Translations under genes and position numbers: made by a program
The notes under the pieces: generated by a model
Seen by the model: the letters and a program-made list of their open reading frames with translations, nothing else
What the model was told of the DNA's origin: nothing
The model's database searches: none
Part shown: positions 1-8,431 of the stretch, piece by piece
Layout: each line of letters starts with the position of its first letter
Position numbering within the stretch: the first letter of the stretch is position 1
IMG/VR virus record: IMGVR_UViG_3300026274_000001
DNA length: 64,000 nt
Strand: one strand, 5' to 3'
DNA from: a virus
Lineage: Duplodnaviria > Caudoviricetes

Positions 1-71
1 AAGAAAGGCAATTCCGTGACCGTAAAAGACGTGCCAAGGCGATAAAAGCGCGTTTGGGTAAAGGTAGATAA
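1..71 (+). CDS. partial CDS (3' end), basic tail
   Basis: Open frame from window edge (ERQFRDRKRRAKAIKARLGKGR*) ending at TAA 69-71. Confidence 0.55.
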   Translation, partial: ERQFRDRKRRAKAIKARLGKGR

Positions 72-85
72 ATTTCATTTGGTTC

Positions 86-122
86 TTGCAACAATGTTCA
101 AGTGAACATATCATTGAGTATG
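86..122 (+). promoter_or_regulatory. early sigma70-type promoter, hairpin family
   Basis: TTGCAA-17-TATCAT; CAAGTGA-N5-TCATTG; ATG at 120 in frame with gene at 141. Confidence 0.75.
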
Positions 123-140
123 ATTAATCAAGGGGGAAAT

Positions 141-500
141 ATGAAGAAACTGATGATGTTGATGCTGCTGTCTGTGGCTACGGTTGCCCATGCGTCAAGC
201 AAGCAAGAATGGGCTGATGCAGTTTGTCGCATCAATGCTAGTGAAGCTTCGGAAATTGCACAGTACCGAGATGCTGGCTTTCCAATCACAGAAGCTTCCA
301 ACCGTGCGATCAAGTTCATGGCAAGCACTGGCCTCTTCAATATGTCCCCTACGTTCAATGATGCCATTATGACTGAGACGTTGGAAATTTATACCACCGA
401 CGTCATCAAGACCGCCCAGCCTGAAGCAATCAAAGAAGCTATTTTGCTGTCGTGTGGTATGGACATTTACGGTGTTCGTCACAGTAAAAAGACGAAATAA
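141..500 (+). CDS. secreted/periplasmic hypothetical protein
   Basis: SD GGGGG; signal peptide MKKLMMLMLLSVATVAHA; Cys near both ends. Confidence 0.75.
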   Translation: MKKLMMLMLLSVATVAHASSKQEWADAVCRINASEASEIAQYRDAGFPITEASNRAIKFMASTGLFNMSPTFNDAIMTETLEIYTTDVIKTAQPEAIKEAILLSCGMDIYGVRHSKKTK

Positions 501-512
501 TTCAGTTGGCAC

Positions 513-552
513 TTGCAACCAGGTTCAAATGAATCTACCATAGGAACATGGT
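513..552 (+). promoter_or_regulatory. early promoter, hairpin family
   Basis: TTGCAA-17-TACCAT; arms ACCAGGTTC/GAACATGGT; ATG at 548 (predicted +1). Confidence 0.85.
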
Positions 553-574
553 AAACAAACGCAAGGAGCAACAA

Positions 575-940
575 ATGGAACTGATGGCAGATACCACCAA
601 TTTCGAATCCCTTACTGTTCGCTGGTTGGCACGGCAGAATGAAGAAGTTGCTGTTGCTCTTGGCCACAAAATGTACTATCAAAGCTTTCACGGTACCAAT
701 GATACTGAAGTTAACGGTGTGTTGGTCGACTTCCAACCGGTACGTGATAGTGCTACGGCATTCAAGCTGATGGTGCAAGAAAACATTCAAGCTCACACTG
801 AACCGCGTGGCGAATACGTGTACGTGACTGCTCATTGCGAAGATGGGCCGGTCTGGTCTAGCACGGTTTTTGCGCACGGTGCTGAAGCCGAAATGCGTCG
901 GCTGATTTGCGTAGCAATCGTCAGCAAATACACGAAGTAG
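575..940 (+). CDS. DUF2591-like phage protein
   Basis: SD AAGGAG; motif DFQPVRDSATAFKL...MRRLICVAIV resembles DUF2591. Confidence 0.6.
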   Translation: MELMADTTNFESLTVRWLARQNEEVAVALGHKMYYQSFHGTNDTEVNGVLVDFQPVRDSATAFKLMVQENIQAHTEPRGEYVYVTAHCEDGPVWSSTVFAHGAEAEMRRLICVAIVSKYTK

Positions 941-958
941 AAATAATTCATTTAGCGC

Positions 959-1000
959 TTTACTTGTGAGTCAAGTGAACGCATCATAGATACATGGTAA
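959..1000 (+). promoter_or_regulatory. early promoter, hairpin family
   Basis: TTTACT-17-CATCAT; CAAGTGA-N5-TCAT; ATGGTAAAC at 994. Confidence 0.75.
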
Positions 1001-1019
1001 ACAACACACGGAGAAATAA

Positions 1020-1469
1020 ATGACTGATCAAGTGAATGTTGCAACTGATGTTAACGGTGTTCGTGAGTGCTTGCCGTTGGGTCCTGTGCACATTTATACG
1101 GTCACGGTGACGAAGTTGCCCTGGGGTGCAGTCGATTCGTGTGTTGCAAGCCTCCCGTTCACTGGTGACGTTACGATCCCGAAAATGTATGTTGACTGGG
1201 CATTGTCGGTTGCTCTTGTTTATGAGTTGTACAAGAAGCTTAACGCGGCACCGATCAACACGGGTATTGTGGCCCTTGTGAAAAGTCTCCGTGACGAAAT
1301 GCATTGCGGATTGACCGAAGCCAAGAAAGTTGCTGACTTGCTGATTGGTCGCAAGAGCGACAAGTACACGAATGCCGGTGGCATTGTTACTGCGTTCATG
1401 TACTACCAGGAAGAAGAAATGACGCTCGCAGAAATCGAAATTCGCAACCAAATGCAAGGACGAAAATGA
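1020..1469 (+). CDS. protein with ribosomal bL12 C-terminal-domain-like motif
   Basis: IVALVKSLRDEMHCGLTEAKKVAD resembles bL12 CTD ([21 protein letters not shown]). Confidence 0.6.
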   Translation: MTDQVNVATDVNGVRECLPLGPVHIYTVTVTKLPWGAVDSCVASLPFTGDVTIPKMYVDWALSVALVYELYKKLNAAPINTGIVALVKSLRDEMHCGLTEAKKVADLLIGRKSDKYTNAGGIVTAFMYYQEEEMTLAEIEIRNQMQGRK

Positions 1470-1906
1470 GCGATGTTCAGTATAAGGTTACACCGATTCA
1501 CTTTCAATTGTTGCTGACAGTGACCCCATCGAATGTAGTTCACAACTGCCAACTTACAATGCCCAACGGCCGAGTTATCGACGTCCCCGCAGTGTTCGTT
1601 GAGTTTGCTCGTACGGTGCGCAACCTAACCGCTATGCTTGACAGGTATGGCCGCCCGCGGGGTATGTCGTCCGGGTTGGTCCCGCTTATTAAAGAAGTAC
1701 GTAGGGCCCTTGATATTGGGCTGTATGATGCCAAGCAACTAGTTGAGGTTCTGGTTGCTCGAGAAGGTTACCAACGAAACTTGGTTACCTATACGTATCT
1801 CGAAGATATGTATGATCCGTATCAAAGCCATATCGATAGCGAACAGGCGGCCGCGGAACTTGACACGGTAAAGCAGATGCTCACCAAAGAAGAAGGTCAT
1901 CAATGA
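1466..1906 (+). CDS. protein with ribosomal bL12 C-terminal-domain-like motif
   Basis: LVPLIKEVRRALDIGLYDAKQLVE; ATGA-coupled to previous gene. Confidence 0.65.
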   Translation: MSDVQYKVTPIHFQLLLTVTPSNVVHNCQLTMPNGRVIDVPAVFVEFARTVRNLTAMLDRYGRPRGMSSGLVPLIKEVRRALDIGLYDAKQLVEVLVAREGYQRNLVTYTYLEDMYDPYQSHIDSEQAAAELDTVKQMLTKEEGHQ

Positions 1907-2301
1907 AGCGCGGCGATATCGTATGGCCTTGCTATGATGGCAAACTGGGACGGGCTGTTCCTGGTGTCGTAGTGCGCACCAAACAAAACAATATGCTGCT
2001 CGTTCGCTTTATTCCTTGGGTGAGTGACACCCAAACTACAATTGACGTATGGTTCCGTCGACGGCTGAACACTCAGGATTCGTATTGGTCGAAAACTGGG
2101 AATAACACTGTTCAGAAATTTGCACCCCGTCATGTGTTCTCTGCATGGGCAATTGAAGACGACACAATGAATATGTTCATTGGTGGTGGACAGGGATCCT
2201 ACTATTTGCTGCGTACCGAAGCGATGATGACTTGGTATGGCCCTCCCGATTTTAAGGAAAAAGAACGCGATACCATTGCTTCATTGCTTGCTACTCTTTA
2301 A
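1903..2301 (+). CDS. hypothetical protein (N-terminal SH3/KOW-like)
   Basis: ATGA overlap; MKRGDIVW...GVVV...LLVRF. Confidence 0.7.
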   Translation: MKRGDIVWPCYDGKLGRAVPGVVVRTKQNNMLLVRFIPWVSDTQTTIDVWFRRRLNTQDSYWSKTGNNTVQKFAPRHVFSAWAIEDDTMNMFIGGGQGSYYLLRTEAMMTWYGPPDFKEKERDTIASLLATL

Positions 2302-2311
2302 GGGGGATAAC

Positions 2312-2695
2312 ATGAAAAAATTGTTAGTTGCCATGGCTCTGGTTTCGATTTCGATCAGCGCATTTGCCGGTAAGCCGAAAACCGAATCGACTGTAACCGG
2401 CTCAGCAATCGTACAGAGCGTGACCATGACTAGCGATACCGTGACTATTGACGATGCCGCGAGATGCAATCAAGAATCATATCAACTTGATGGTATTTTG
2501 CAAGGGCTTGCTGGTGGTATGAGTAAGAAAGCCATCGCCACGCTTATCAAAGACGCCCCGCCAGAAATTGCTGATGCTAACGCATTATTGCGTGATCTAG
2601 AATTGGTGACTAGCGATCCGCACTTTGTGACTGCTGACCCCAGTGTTGTTTTGGGCTTCGTATTCAAAGCGTGTTTGCTGGCTAGTATTCGGTAA
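2312..2695 (+). CDS. secreted hypothetical protein
   Basis: SD GGGGG; signal peptide MKKLLVAMALVSISISAFA. Confidence 0.75.
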   Translation: MKKLLVAMALVSISISAFAGKPKTESTVTGSAIVQSVTMTSDTVTIDDAARCNQESYQLDGILQGLAGGMSKKAIATLIKDAPPEIADANALLRDLELVTSDPHFVTADPSVVLGFVFKACLLASIR

Positions 2696-2708
2696 ATTCA
2701 CTTTGTGC

Positions 2709-2748
2709 TTGCAACCACGTTCATATGAAACTAATATACGAGCATGGT
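2709..2748 (+). promoter_or_regulatory. early promoter, hairpin family
   Basis: TTGCAA-17-TAATAT; imperfect 13-bp inverted repeat; ATG at 2744. Confidence 0.85.
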
Positions 2749-2767
2749 AAACGCAAAGGAGAACAAA

Positions 2768-3259
2768 ATGACGGGAACAGCATTGACGCAAGCAGAAAAG
2801 GTAGCACGTCGCGAACAACGTGCAGCAGAACGCGAAGCACAAGAAGCTCGTGACAATGAACGTCGCGAAGTGGAGCGTAAGGAACGTATGGAAAAGATGC
2901 CTGGCATTTTGTTCAACCTGATGCTGCGTGCTGAAATGTTGCGGCGTGCGGGGATGCAAATCAGTTGCAATCTACACAACGAAATCCCCAAAAGCATGGC
3001 ATCAAATAGCGACCATGTTGGTAAGGTCGGCTTGGTATTTGTTATCGATCACCGAGCAAAGACGCTACTGAGTGAAGACTGGAATGAAGAAGTTAGCGTG
3101 TCGATCGATGCTGCCAGTTGGGAAGTGGAATCCATCGAAAACAAATTGAATGAACTGCAAGACGAAGCTGATGAAAGGCTGAAGCGTAAAGCTTTGGCTG
3201 ACGAAGCAAAGAAATTGTTGACGCCGGATCAATTGGCCGCCTTGCGCGAATTCTCCTAA
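2768..3259 (+). CDS. hypothetical protein (coiled-coil ends)
   Basis: SD AAGGAG; charged helical termini. Confidence 0.75.
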   Translation: MTGTALTQAEKVARREQRAAEREAQEARDNERREVERKERMEKMPGILFNLMLRAEMLRRAGMQISCNLHNEIPKSMASNSDHVGKVGLVFVIDHRAKTLLSEDWNEEVSVSIDAASWEVESIENKLNELQDEADERLKRKALADEAKKLLTPDQLAALREFS

Positions 3260-3269
3260 GGAGTGCAAC

Positions 3270-3686
3270 ATGAATTACACGATTGTTGGTTACAAGCCTG
3301 ATAGTGCGGAAACTAGCCGAGGCTGTGTGATTAAGCGGTACGACAGTGATCATGTACTGTTCTTCACCACTGACGAGTTGGACTTTGTTGAGAAGTGGGC
3401 TGAATTGCTCTTCAAGAATCTGATTCGTAAGCATGGTGAGAGTGAGTACGAAATTACGGCCTTGGTAAATGGTGAAAATCTGAACGATTTGCCAGACACT
3501 CCAGAACTAAGCTATTACAATCTGGCTAATCAAGCTGATCAGAAATATGTTTTATTGCTTAGGGCGCATGAAGAGCGTGAACAGTTGCAGCAGCAAGCGA
3601 GAGCACGAGCACAGTCATCTGCTATAAGAGAATCAGAGCTTTGGCGACTGGCTGAACTGCGGAAAAAGTACGACGGTACTCAATAG
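3270..3686 (+). CDS. hypothetical protein
   Basis: SD AAGGAG; operon context. Confidence 0.75.
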   Translation: MNYTIVGYKPDSAETSRGCVIKRYDSDHVLFFTTDELDFVEKWAELLFKNLIRKHGESEYEITALVNGENLNDLPDTPELSYYNLANQADQKYVLLLRAHEEREQLQQQARARAQSSAIRESELWRLAELRKKYDGTQ

Positions 3687-3747
3687 GCTGGCTGAGAGAG
3701 CCATGGTTACTCTAGTTTAGCTAGCAGCTACGCGGAGTAGTCCCAAA

Positions 3748-3780
3748 GAATGGCGAGCTTAACGGCTCGCCATTCTCATT
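3748..3780 (+). terminator. hairpin, probable terminator
   Basis: GAATGGCGAGC-TTAACG-GCTCGCCATTC. Confidence 0.65.
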
Positions 3781-3790
3781 TAAACGGTGC

Positions 3791-3826
3791 TTGCTACTTT
3801 GTTCATATACACGTATTCTTTAGCAA
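3791..3826 (+). promoter_or_regulatory. sigma70-type promoter
   Basis: TTGCTA-17-TATTCT; TTGCTA/TAGCAA inverted repeat. Confidence 0.55.
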
Positions 3827-3844
3827 ACATCACTCTAATTAATT

Positions 3845-4654
3845 ATGAAAACAAATCCAACATGGCTAGTTCAAATAACAAGTAGGCACGACACTACTAT
3901 CAAGCAGGAAGTTGAATCACTAACTGAACTTGGCCTACCTTGGAAAGATTTTGGGGTAATTCCATTTACGACCGACATCACGGGACTGGATGCGCCTTAT
4001 ACCAACTTTGTTGTGCGTGGTGGCACCAAAGTATTGTCCATGATTACAGATGATCCTACCTTGTGGTTGAAGGATGGTGTCTTTTATGACAAGGATAAGT
4101 TTGACCAGAATCAATACCAGTCCCTGGGTTTGCCACTCTTAAATGCTGATGCAGAGTTCTTCAACCTCCCTGATTTTCCGTACCTGATGTTTGAGCAGGA
4201 AATGTTCGTGAAGCCTTCCAGTGACTTGAAAGCATTCACAGCCGGAATATTGGAAGTAGGTCAGAGCGTGCAGGAGTTTATTGGCGCACAGATGCATCAA
4301 TCGAATGCATTCTCAGAAATCATTCTAGCCGCTGAAGCAAAGACGGTGATTGATGAGTACCGCTTCTTTGTACTAAACGATCAAGTCATTACTGGGTCAC
4401 AATACCGGGTTAACCAGCAACTGCGCTATACCGCACTTACAAATTCTGCGGAACATGTTTCAGTGCTAAAAGTTGCACAAGATTACGCAAAATTGTATCA
4501 GCCTGCCGAGGTATTCACGCTTGATATTGGTAAGACGGTAGACGGGGTCTACTCTATTATAGAATATAACTGTTTCAATGCATCAGGTTTGTACGCTTGC
4601 GATGTGAATCTGTTGTTTACTACAATCAGTAATTTTGTAAGGTCTCGTGTTTAG
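3845..4654 (+). CDS. ATP-grasp protein, R2K/DUF4343-like
   Basis: FVKPSSDLKAFTAG; EYRFFVLNDQVITGSQYR; FTLDIG; IIEYNCFNASGLY. Confidence 0.8.
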   Translation: MKTNPTWLVQITSRHDTTIKQEVESLTELGLPWKDFGVIPFTTDITGLDAPYTNFVVRGGTKVLSMITDDPTLWLKDGVFYDKDKFDQNQYQSLGLPLLNADAEFFNLPDFPYLMFEQEMFVKPSSDLKAFTAGILEVGQSVQEFIGAQMHQSNAFSEIILAAEAKTVIDEYRFFVLNDQVITGSQYRVNQQLRYTALTNSAEHVSVLKVAQDYAKLYQPAEVFTLDIGKTVDGVYSIIEYNCFNASGLYACDVNLLFTTISNFVRSRV

Positions 4655-4758
4655 TAAGACCACATAAAATGGTGGCATGTACTATCATTGTTGGTAGGCT
4701 GATAGGTTTGTCTGGTAGGTATAACAATAATTTAACTGAAAAATAGAACATGGTTCAC

Positions 4759-4795
4759 TTGATTCACTTACCATATGAACGTATCATTAGTGAAT
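4759..4795 (+). promoter_or_regulatory. early promoter, hairpin family
   Basis: TTGATT-17-TATCAT; ATTCACT/AGTGAAT arms; CATATGA-N5-TCAT. Confidence 0.8.
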
Positions 4796-4819
4796 ACACA
4801 AGAGCTAGGGGAGTTGATC

Positions 4820-5275
4820 ATGAGTGAACAAAATGAGTGTAGTGAAGCAGATGCACTTAATGACTACGATGACGAAGATTTTGAATTTGTCAACGGCAAC
4901 GCTGAAGAGGGTGGTGAATTTGTAATCTTCCCCAACAAGCTGCGTGAAGAGGTTGCTCACTCGTTATTGGCTCTACATCATTCAAGAGTGGTTGAGCAAG
5001 AAGATACACGAACACAGGCTGAAGTCATTGCTGACATGAAAGCCCGGTACGTGGTCGCGAAAGCAGCCAAGGTTGGAGAAATCATCGAATGTGCTTGCTG
5101 TGCGAAGAAAGTGGTAAAGACTTCGTATCAGATGGCATTCTGCTCCAACGGCAAGAATAGAAAGAACACCCTGTTGGGAAACAATAACTGCAAGGACCGT
5201 TTCTGGAACTTGACGGATGACAAGCGTCGTCCCTTAGCAATCAAGTTCGTGGAGAAACGTAATGTTAAAGCTTAA
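4820..5275 (+). CDS. hypothetical Zn-binding protein with acidic N-terminus
   Basis: SD AGGGGAG; CACC...C...C. Confidence 0.7.
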   Translation: MSEQNECSEADALNDYDDEDFEFVNGNAEEGGEFVIFPNKLREEVAHSLLALHHSRVVEQEDTRTQAEVIADMKARYVVAKAAKVGEIIECACCAKKVVKTSYQMAFCSNGKNRKNTLLGNNNCKDRFWNLTDDKRRPLAIKFVEKRNVKA

Positions 5276-5525
5276 TTGGTTGTTCTCCGATTGCCCCACT
5301 TGTGATAACCACAGCCCAGGCTACTGCAACGGTAATATGGTGGCGATTGAAGACCAGGGGGTTGTTGACACTCGAGATGGTGAATCTTACGGTGTCGTAT
5401 ACTACTGTGATCATTGTGATACGGTATGGCAGATCACCACTGGAATTCGTAAAGAGGCCGAAGCGCTTTACGATGAAGAACGTGAATCGTACCTGGTCAC
5501 TATGCGCGAACAACAGGAAGAGTAG
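5262..5525 (+). CDS. Zn-ribbon hypothetical protein
   Basis: CPTC...CDHC. Confidence 0.7.
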   Translation: MLKLNWLFSDCPTCDNHSPGYCNGNMVAIEDQGVVDTRDGESYGVVYYCDHCDTVWQITTGIRKEAEALYDEERESYLVTMREQQEE

Positions 5526-5583
5526 TTGCTTTTTTTGTGTGAACGTATAATACCAAAGTTGTTCAACTTTGGGAGAACAGTTT

Positions 5584-6036
5584 ATGTTTGCGGCCACCAA
5601 AGCAGCAATTGACGAACGAGCCCTAAATGAATATTTGAGTGTTGACTGTATTTTTCAGCAAACCCTTGAATATATTGAATGCATTAGCAGTGCCTTTCAT
5701 CCTTTACATGTATTATGGGGCAATGTTAGAGTAAGTGAAATTCGTGAAATCACCGACTTTTACGGCTCGCCACTGCTCATGAAATATTTCACTGATAGTG
5801 TCGTACTACACATTATTGGTAGTGCTATTGGGATGCGACGACACCTGACCACCCAAGCTGGTGATCGATGTTATATAAACAGTCACGGCAATCAACACGA
5901 AGCAGTCAAACTGCTTATGGCGTATTACAGCAAGGGCAATCCTCCAGTCACACTTGCACGCTCGCAAGAATTGAATGAAATTTACCTGATGTGGGAAGAG
6001 CGCTGCCCTCAGTTGCGTTATGTGAATTCGTTTTAA
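5584..6036 (+). CDS. hypothetical protein
   Basis: ORF in co-oriented block; start uncertain (5569 or 5584). Confidence 0.6.
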   Translation: MFAATKAAIDERALNEYLSVDCIFQQTLEYIECISSAFHPLHVLWGNVRVSEIREITDFYGSPLLMKYFTDSVVLHIIGSAIGMRRHLTTQAGDRCYINSHGNQHEAVKLLMAYYSKGNPPVTLARSQELNEIYLMWEERCPQLRYVNSF

Positions 6037-6087
6037 CCATACCATCCTCGTATATAATACAAAAACCATATATTTGAATGTACTAAC

Positions 6088-6327
6088 ATGAGTGGTTACG
6101 GTAAACCTGATGAAGAGCAAGAAAATGCCCAAGCGATGGTTGACAACGCGGTTGGGCTCGCCCGTTTGATGATTCCCAAAGGACCATCTGCAAAATACTG
6201 TGGCGATTGTTTGGAACCAATCCCACAAGCACGCAGAGAAGCACAGCCAGGTTGCAAGTATTGTATAAGCTGTCAAGTGAATCACGATCGTCCACCAAAT
6301 CTCCGAGTGGTCACCAAAATGCTGTAG
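6088..6327 (+). CDS. TraR/DksA C4-type zinc finger protein
   Basis: CGDCLEPIPQARREAQPGCKYCISCQ. Confidence 0.88.
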   Translation: MSGYGKPDEEQENAQAMVDNAVGLARLMIPKGPSAKYCGDCLEPIPQARREAQPGCKYCISCQVNHDRPPNLRVVTKML

Positions 6328-6337
6328 GAGTCCCACC

Positions 6338-6544
6338 ATGTATAACCCAGAAGATGACCTCTTCAAGTACAAGCAAATACATGACAGTCGTATCGAGGTG
6401 TATTCGGGGGCCGTGATGGTGGGTAACATCGTGAAGCGGGGTGACAAGTACCAATACCTACCCAGCAACAGTAGGCGCAAGACGGGATTTTTCAAAACGT
6501 TAGATGATATAAAAGCATTCATTAATGGTGATGACATGGCGTAA
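6338..6544 (+). CDS. hypothetical protein
   Basis: SD AGGAG. Confidence 0.7.
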   Translation: MYNPEDDLFKYKQIHDSRIEVYSGAVMVGNIVKRGDKYQYLPSNSRRKTGFFKTLDDIKAFINGDDMA

Positions 6545-6548
6545 ATGC

Positions 6549-6600
6549 TTGAACTCCCATTCATATGAATATAGAATGAGCTCCATAGAGGGGCTCATTC
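6549..6600 (+). promoter_or_regulatory. promoter with downstream hairpin
   Basis: TTGAAC-17-TAGAAT with CATATGAA; GAATGAGCTCC/GGGGCTCATTC hairpin 6574-6600. Confidence 0.65.
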
Positions 6601-6615
6601 TATTTGGAGAACGAC

Positions 6616-7032
6616 ATGGGAAAAGTGGTTGCGCCTGAAGTTATTGCTGAACGCACACTAGAAATAGTGCAGCGTATCTCTCGTCACATTGTGGCGATCG
6701 AAGATCCACGTTCAGTGTTTGGATTCAATTTGTGGTTCAAGAATCGATATGTGAACGTCTACATGCGACAAGGACGTCGTGTCAATGTTGATACTCGAGC
6801 TTGGGTGCATACGTTGGAAATTTCTAGCATCAACGTGAAGACTGAAAAGAAAGGCTACTTCACTTCGTTTCTCAACCAAATGGAAAAGCTAGCTGCAACA
6901 CATGGTTTGACTATTCTGGTTGAAAACGTTGCGAACGAACATTTGCAAGCATTCATGCTTAAGCGTGGATATGCAGAATATCGAAGCCCTGGTGGTGGTG
7001 GTGACTGGCCGCCCACATACTGGCAAGCTTGA
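6616..7032 (+). CDS. GNAT-fold acetyltransferase-like protein
   Basis: LEISSINV...KKGYFTSFLNQME...VENVANEHLQAFMLKRGY. Confidence 0.65.
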   Translation: MGKVVAPEVIAERTLEIVQRISRHIVAIEDPRSVFGFNLWFKNRYVNVYMRQGRRVNVDTRAWVHTLEISSINVKTEKKGYFTSFLNQMEKLAATHGLTILVENVANEHLQAFMLKRGYAEYRSPGGGGDWPPTYWQA

Positions 7033-7050
7033 TTCATTAATATAATTGAC

Positions 7051-7074
7051 TTACAAGGTGTGAACACCTTGTAA
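7051..7074. repeat. perfect 10-bp inverted repeat upstream of gene
   Basis: TTACAAGGTG-TGAA-CACCTTGTAA, preceded by TTGAC. Confidence 0.7.
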
Positions 7075-7089
7075 TCTAAGGAGAAATAC

Positions 7090-7329
7090 ATGCTTTTCAA
7101 AGGCAAGATGCGAATCGAAAGTGGTGTGGGTACATTCATCGATCTTACCAATATCGAAACAAACGCAGTTAAAGTTCTGACTTACGAGTGGTCAAAAAAG
7201 AAAAAAGAGCGTGATGGTGTGGTACCTCAAGTCTCAAAGATTCCAGGGTTTGTGTTCCTGTTCACTACAAACAATGATCATTTCTTTGAGTGCGATTTGG
7301 CAAATTTCATTGCTCTAATGAATTCTTGA
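7090..7329 (+). CDS. hypothetical protein
   Basis: SD AAGGAG. Confidence 0.7.
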   Translation: MLFKGKMRIESGVGTFIDLTNIETNAVKVLTYEWSKKKKERDGVVPQVSKIPGFVFLFTTNNDHFFECDLANFIALMNS

Positions 7330-7352
7330 TGATGTATAAGTTGAAATTATAG

Positions 7353-7387
7353 TAGATTCATTTAACAAGTGAATATACCATATGAAT
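7353..7387 (+). promoter_or_regulatory. early promoter, hairpin family
   Basis: TAGATT-17-TACCAT; CAAGTGAA; ATTCAT/ATGAAT arms. Confidence 0.65.
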
Positions 7388-7409
7388 AACAAAACAACCG
7401 GTAACTACA

Positions 7410-7670
7410 GTGAAACACAAATACATTGTATTCAAGGATGGCAATCTAGAAGATATCATCACATTCTCGGAGTTGATGGATCATAGTCAAGCTGCCCGTG
7501 CACTGGATCGTGACCGCATTATTTCTGCAGGATTTATGGATATTGCGGTAAACGAGCAAGGCAAGCTTGACGTGACGTGTTTCGGTAAAAGTATTACACT
7601 TGAACTACAATCGCGTGGTGACCTGGATAAACGCGTGGCTATGTCGAGACTCTATGGGGAGAGCTACTGA
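7410..7670 (+). CDS. hypothetical protein
   Basis: GTG start; coupled to next gene. Confidence 0.65.
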   Translation: MKHKYIVFKDGNLEDIITFSELMDHSQAARALDRDRIISAGFMDIAVNEQGKLDVTCFGKSITLELQSRGDLDKRVAMSRLYGESY

Positions 7671-7885
7671 TGAAAGGCGTCAACTATCACCGAGATGCAT
7701 TTGAAAAGCAGTTTCGATGGCTAAACTTGCGCCGAGTACCGGTCGATGCTGATGAACACGCAGGCAAATATAAAGGGGAACTCGCTCTAATTGCCTGGGA
7801 GGCCTGGTGTGGAGCGCTTGAGCTTAGCTTCAAACAACAGAAGGTCACAAAGAAACAGGCCCCGAAAAATGAGTCAGATCACTAA
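7670..7885 (+). CDS. hypothetical protein
   Basis: TGATG coupling; AWEAWCGA phage-type motif. Confidence 0.65.
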   Translation: MKGVNYHRDAFEKQFRWLNLRRVPVDADEHAGKYKGELALIAWEAWCGALELSFKQQKVTKKQAPKNESDH

Positions 7886-8363
7886 AGCGATATACGATTA
7901 TATCGCAGCGCACCCTAACGTAACTTCAATCGAGGTTGCTAACGGGTTGCAAGCGCAAAGCAATGCTATTGGTATGAAGGCTGGGTCGGTTATTTCATTG
8001 ATCAGTCTGCTGACTAAGGCTGAATTGCTGCGAAGCTCGAAAGCGCACAAAGGTGCCGCAAGATTATCTATCGACCGAGTTTACGACGAAGCTGTACTCA
8101 AGGCGCATCGACAAAGCGTGTATAAAAAGCGAATCGCACGCAATGAATATAGCAAAACAAAAGCAATCGAATTATCCAAATTGTCCGTTTTGGAAAGTTT
8201 GCCAACCATAGTAGATACCGAGTATGGTGTAGCCAAGCATACATTTATGTTACGTCCTGGACTGGCTATACAATTTTCGTTACCACTAGACTTGACTATT
8301 GACGAAGCAAATAGACTGGCGAACTGCATTAGAATTTTGCCATTTGGCACAAAGTTTGACTGA
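7869..8363 (+). CDS. putative winged-helix DNA-binding protein
   Basis: IYDYIAAHPNVTSIEVANGL...LISLLTKAELL. Confidence 0.6.
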   Translation: MSQITKAIYDYIAAHPNVTSIEVANGLQAQSNAIGMKAGSVISLISLLTKAELLRSSKAHKGAARLSIDRVYDEAVLKAHRQSVYKKRIARNEYSKTKAIELSKLSVLESLPTIVDTEYGVAKHTFMLRPGLAIQFSLPLDLTIDEANRLANCIRILPFGTKFD

Positions 8364-8369
8364 AACTGC

Positions 8370-8412
8370 TTGCATGCCTTGCCATATGAACTTATCATTT
8401 GAACATGGTAAA
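8370..8412 (+). promoter_or_regulatory. early promoter, hairpin family
   Basis: TTGCAT-17-TATCAT; CATATGA-N5-TCATTTG; ATGGTAAAC at 8405. Confidence 0.88.
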
Positions 8413-8431
8413 CAACTGTGGAGCGCAAACT

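Noticed and set aside
102-140. Upstream starts given by the ORF track (102, 4775, 7791, 8399, 15379, 18938, 52684, 61181 and similar)
   Set aside because: They run through promoter elements and lack an SD; the SD-led downstream starts were used instead (the +1 ATGs are treated separately as a finding)
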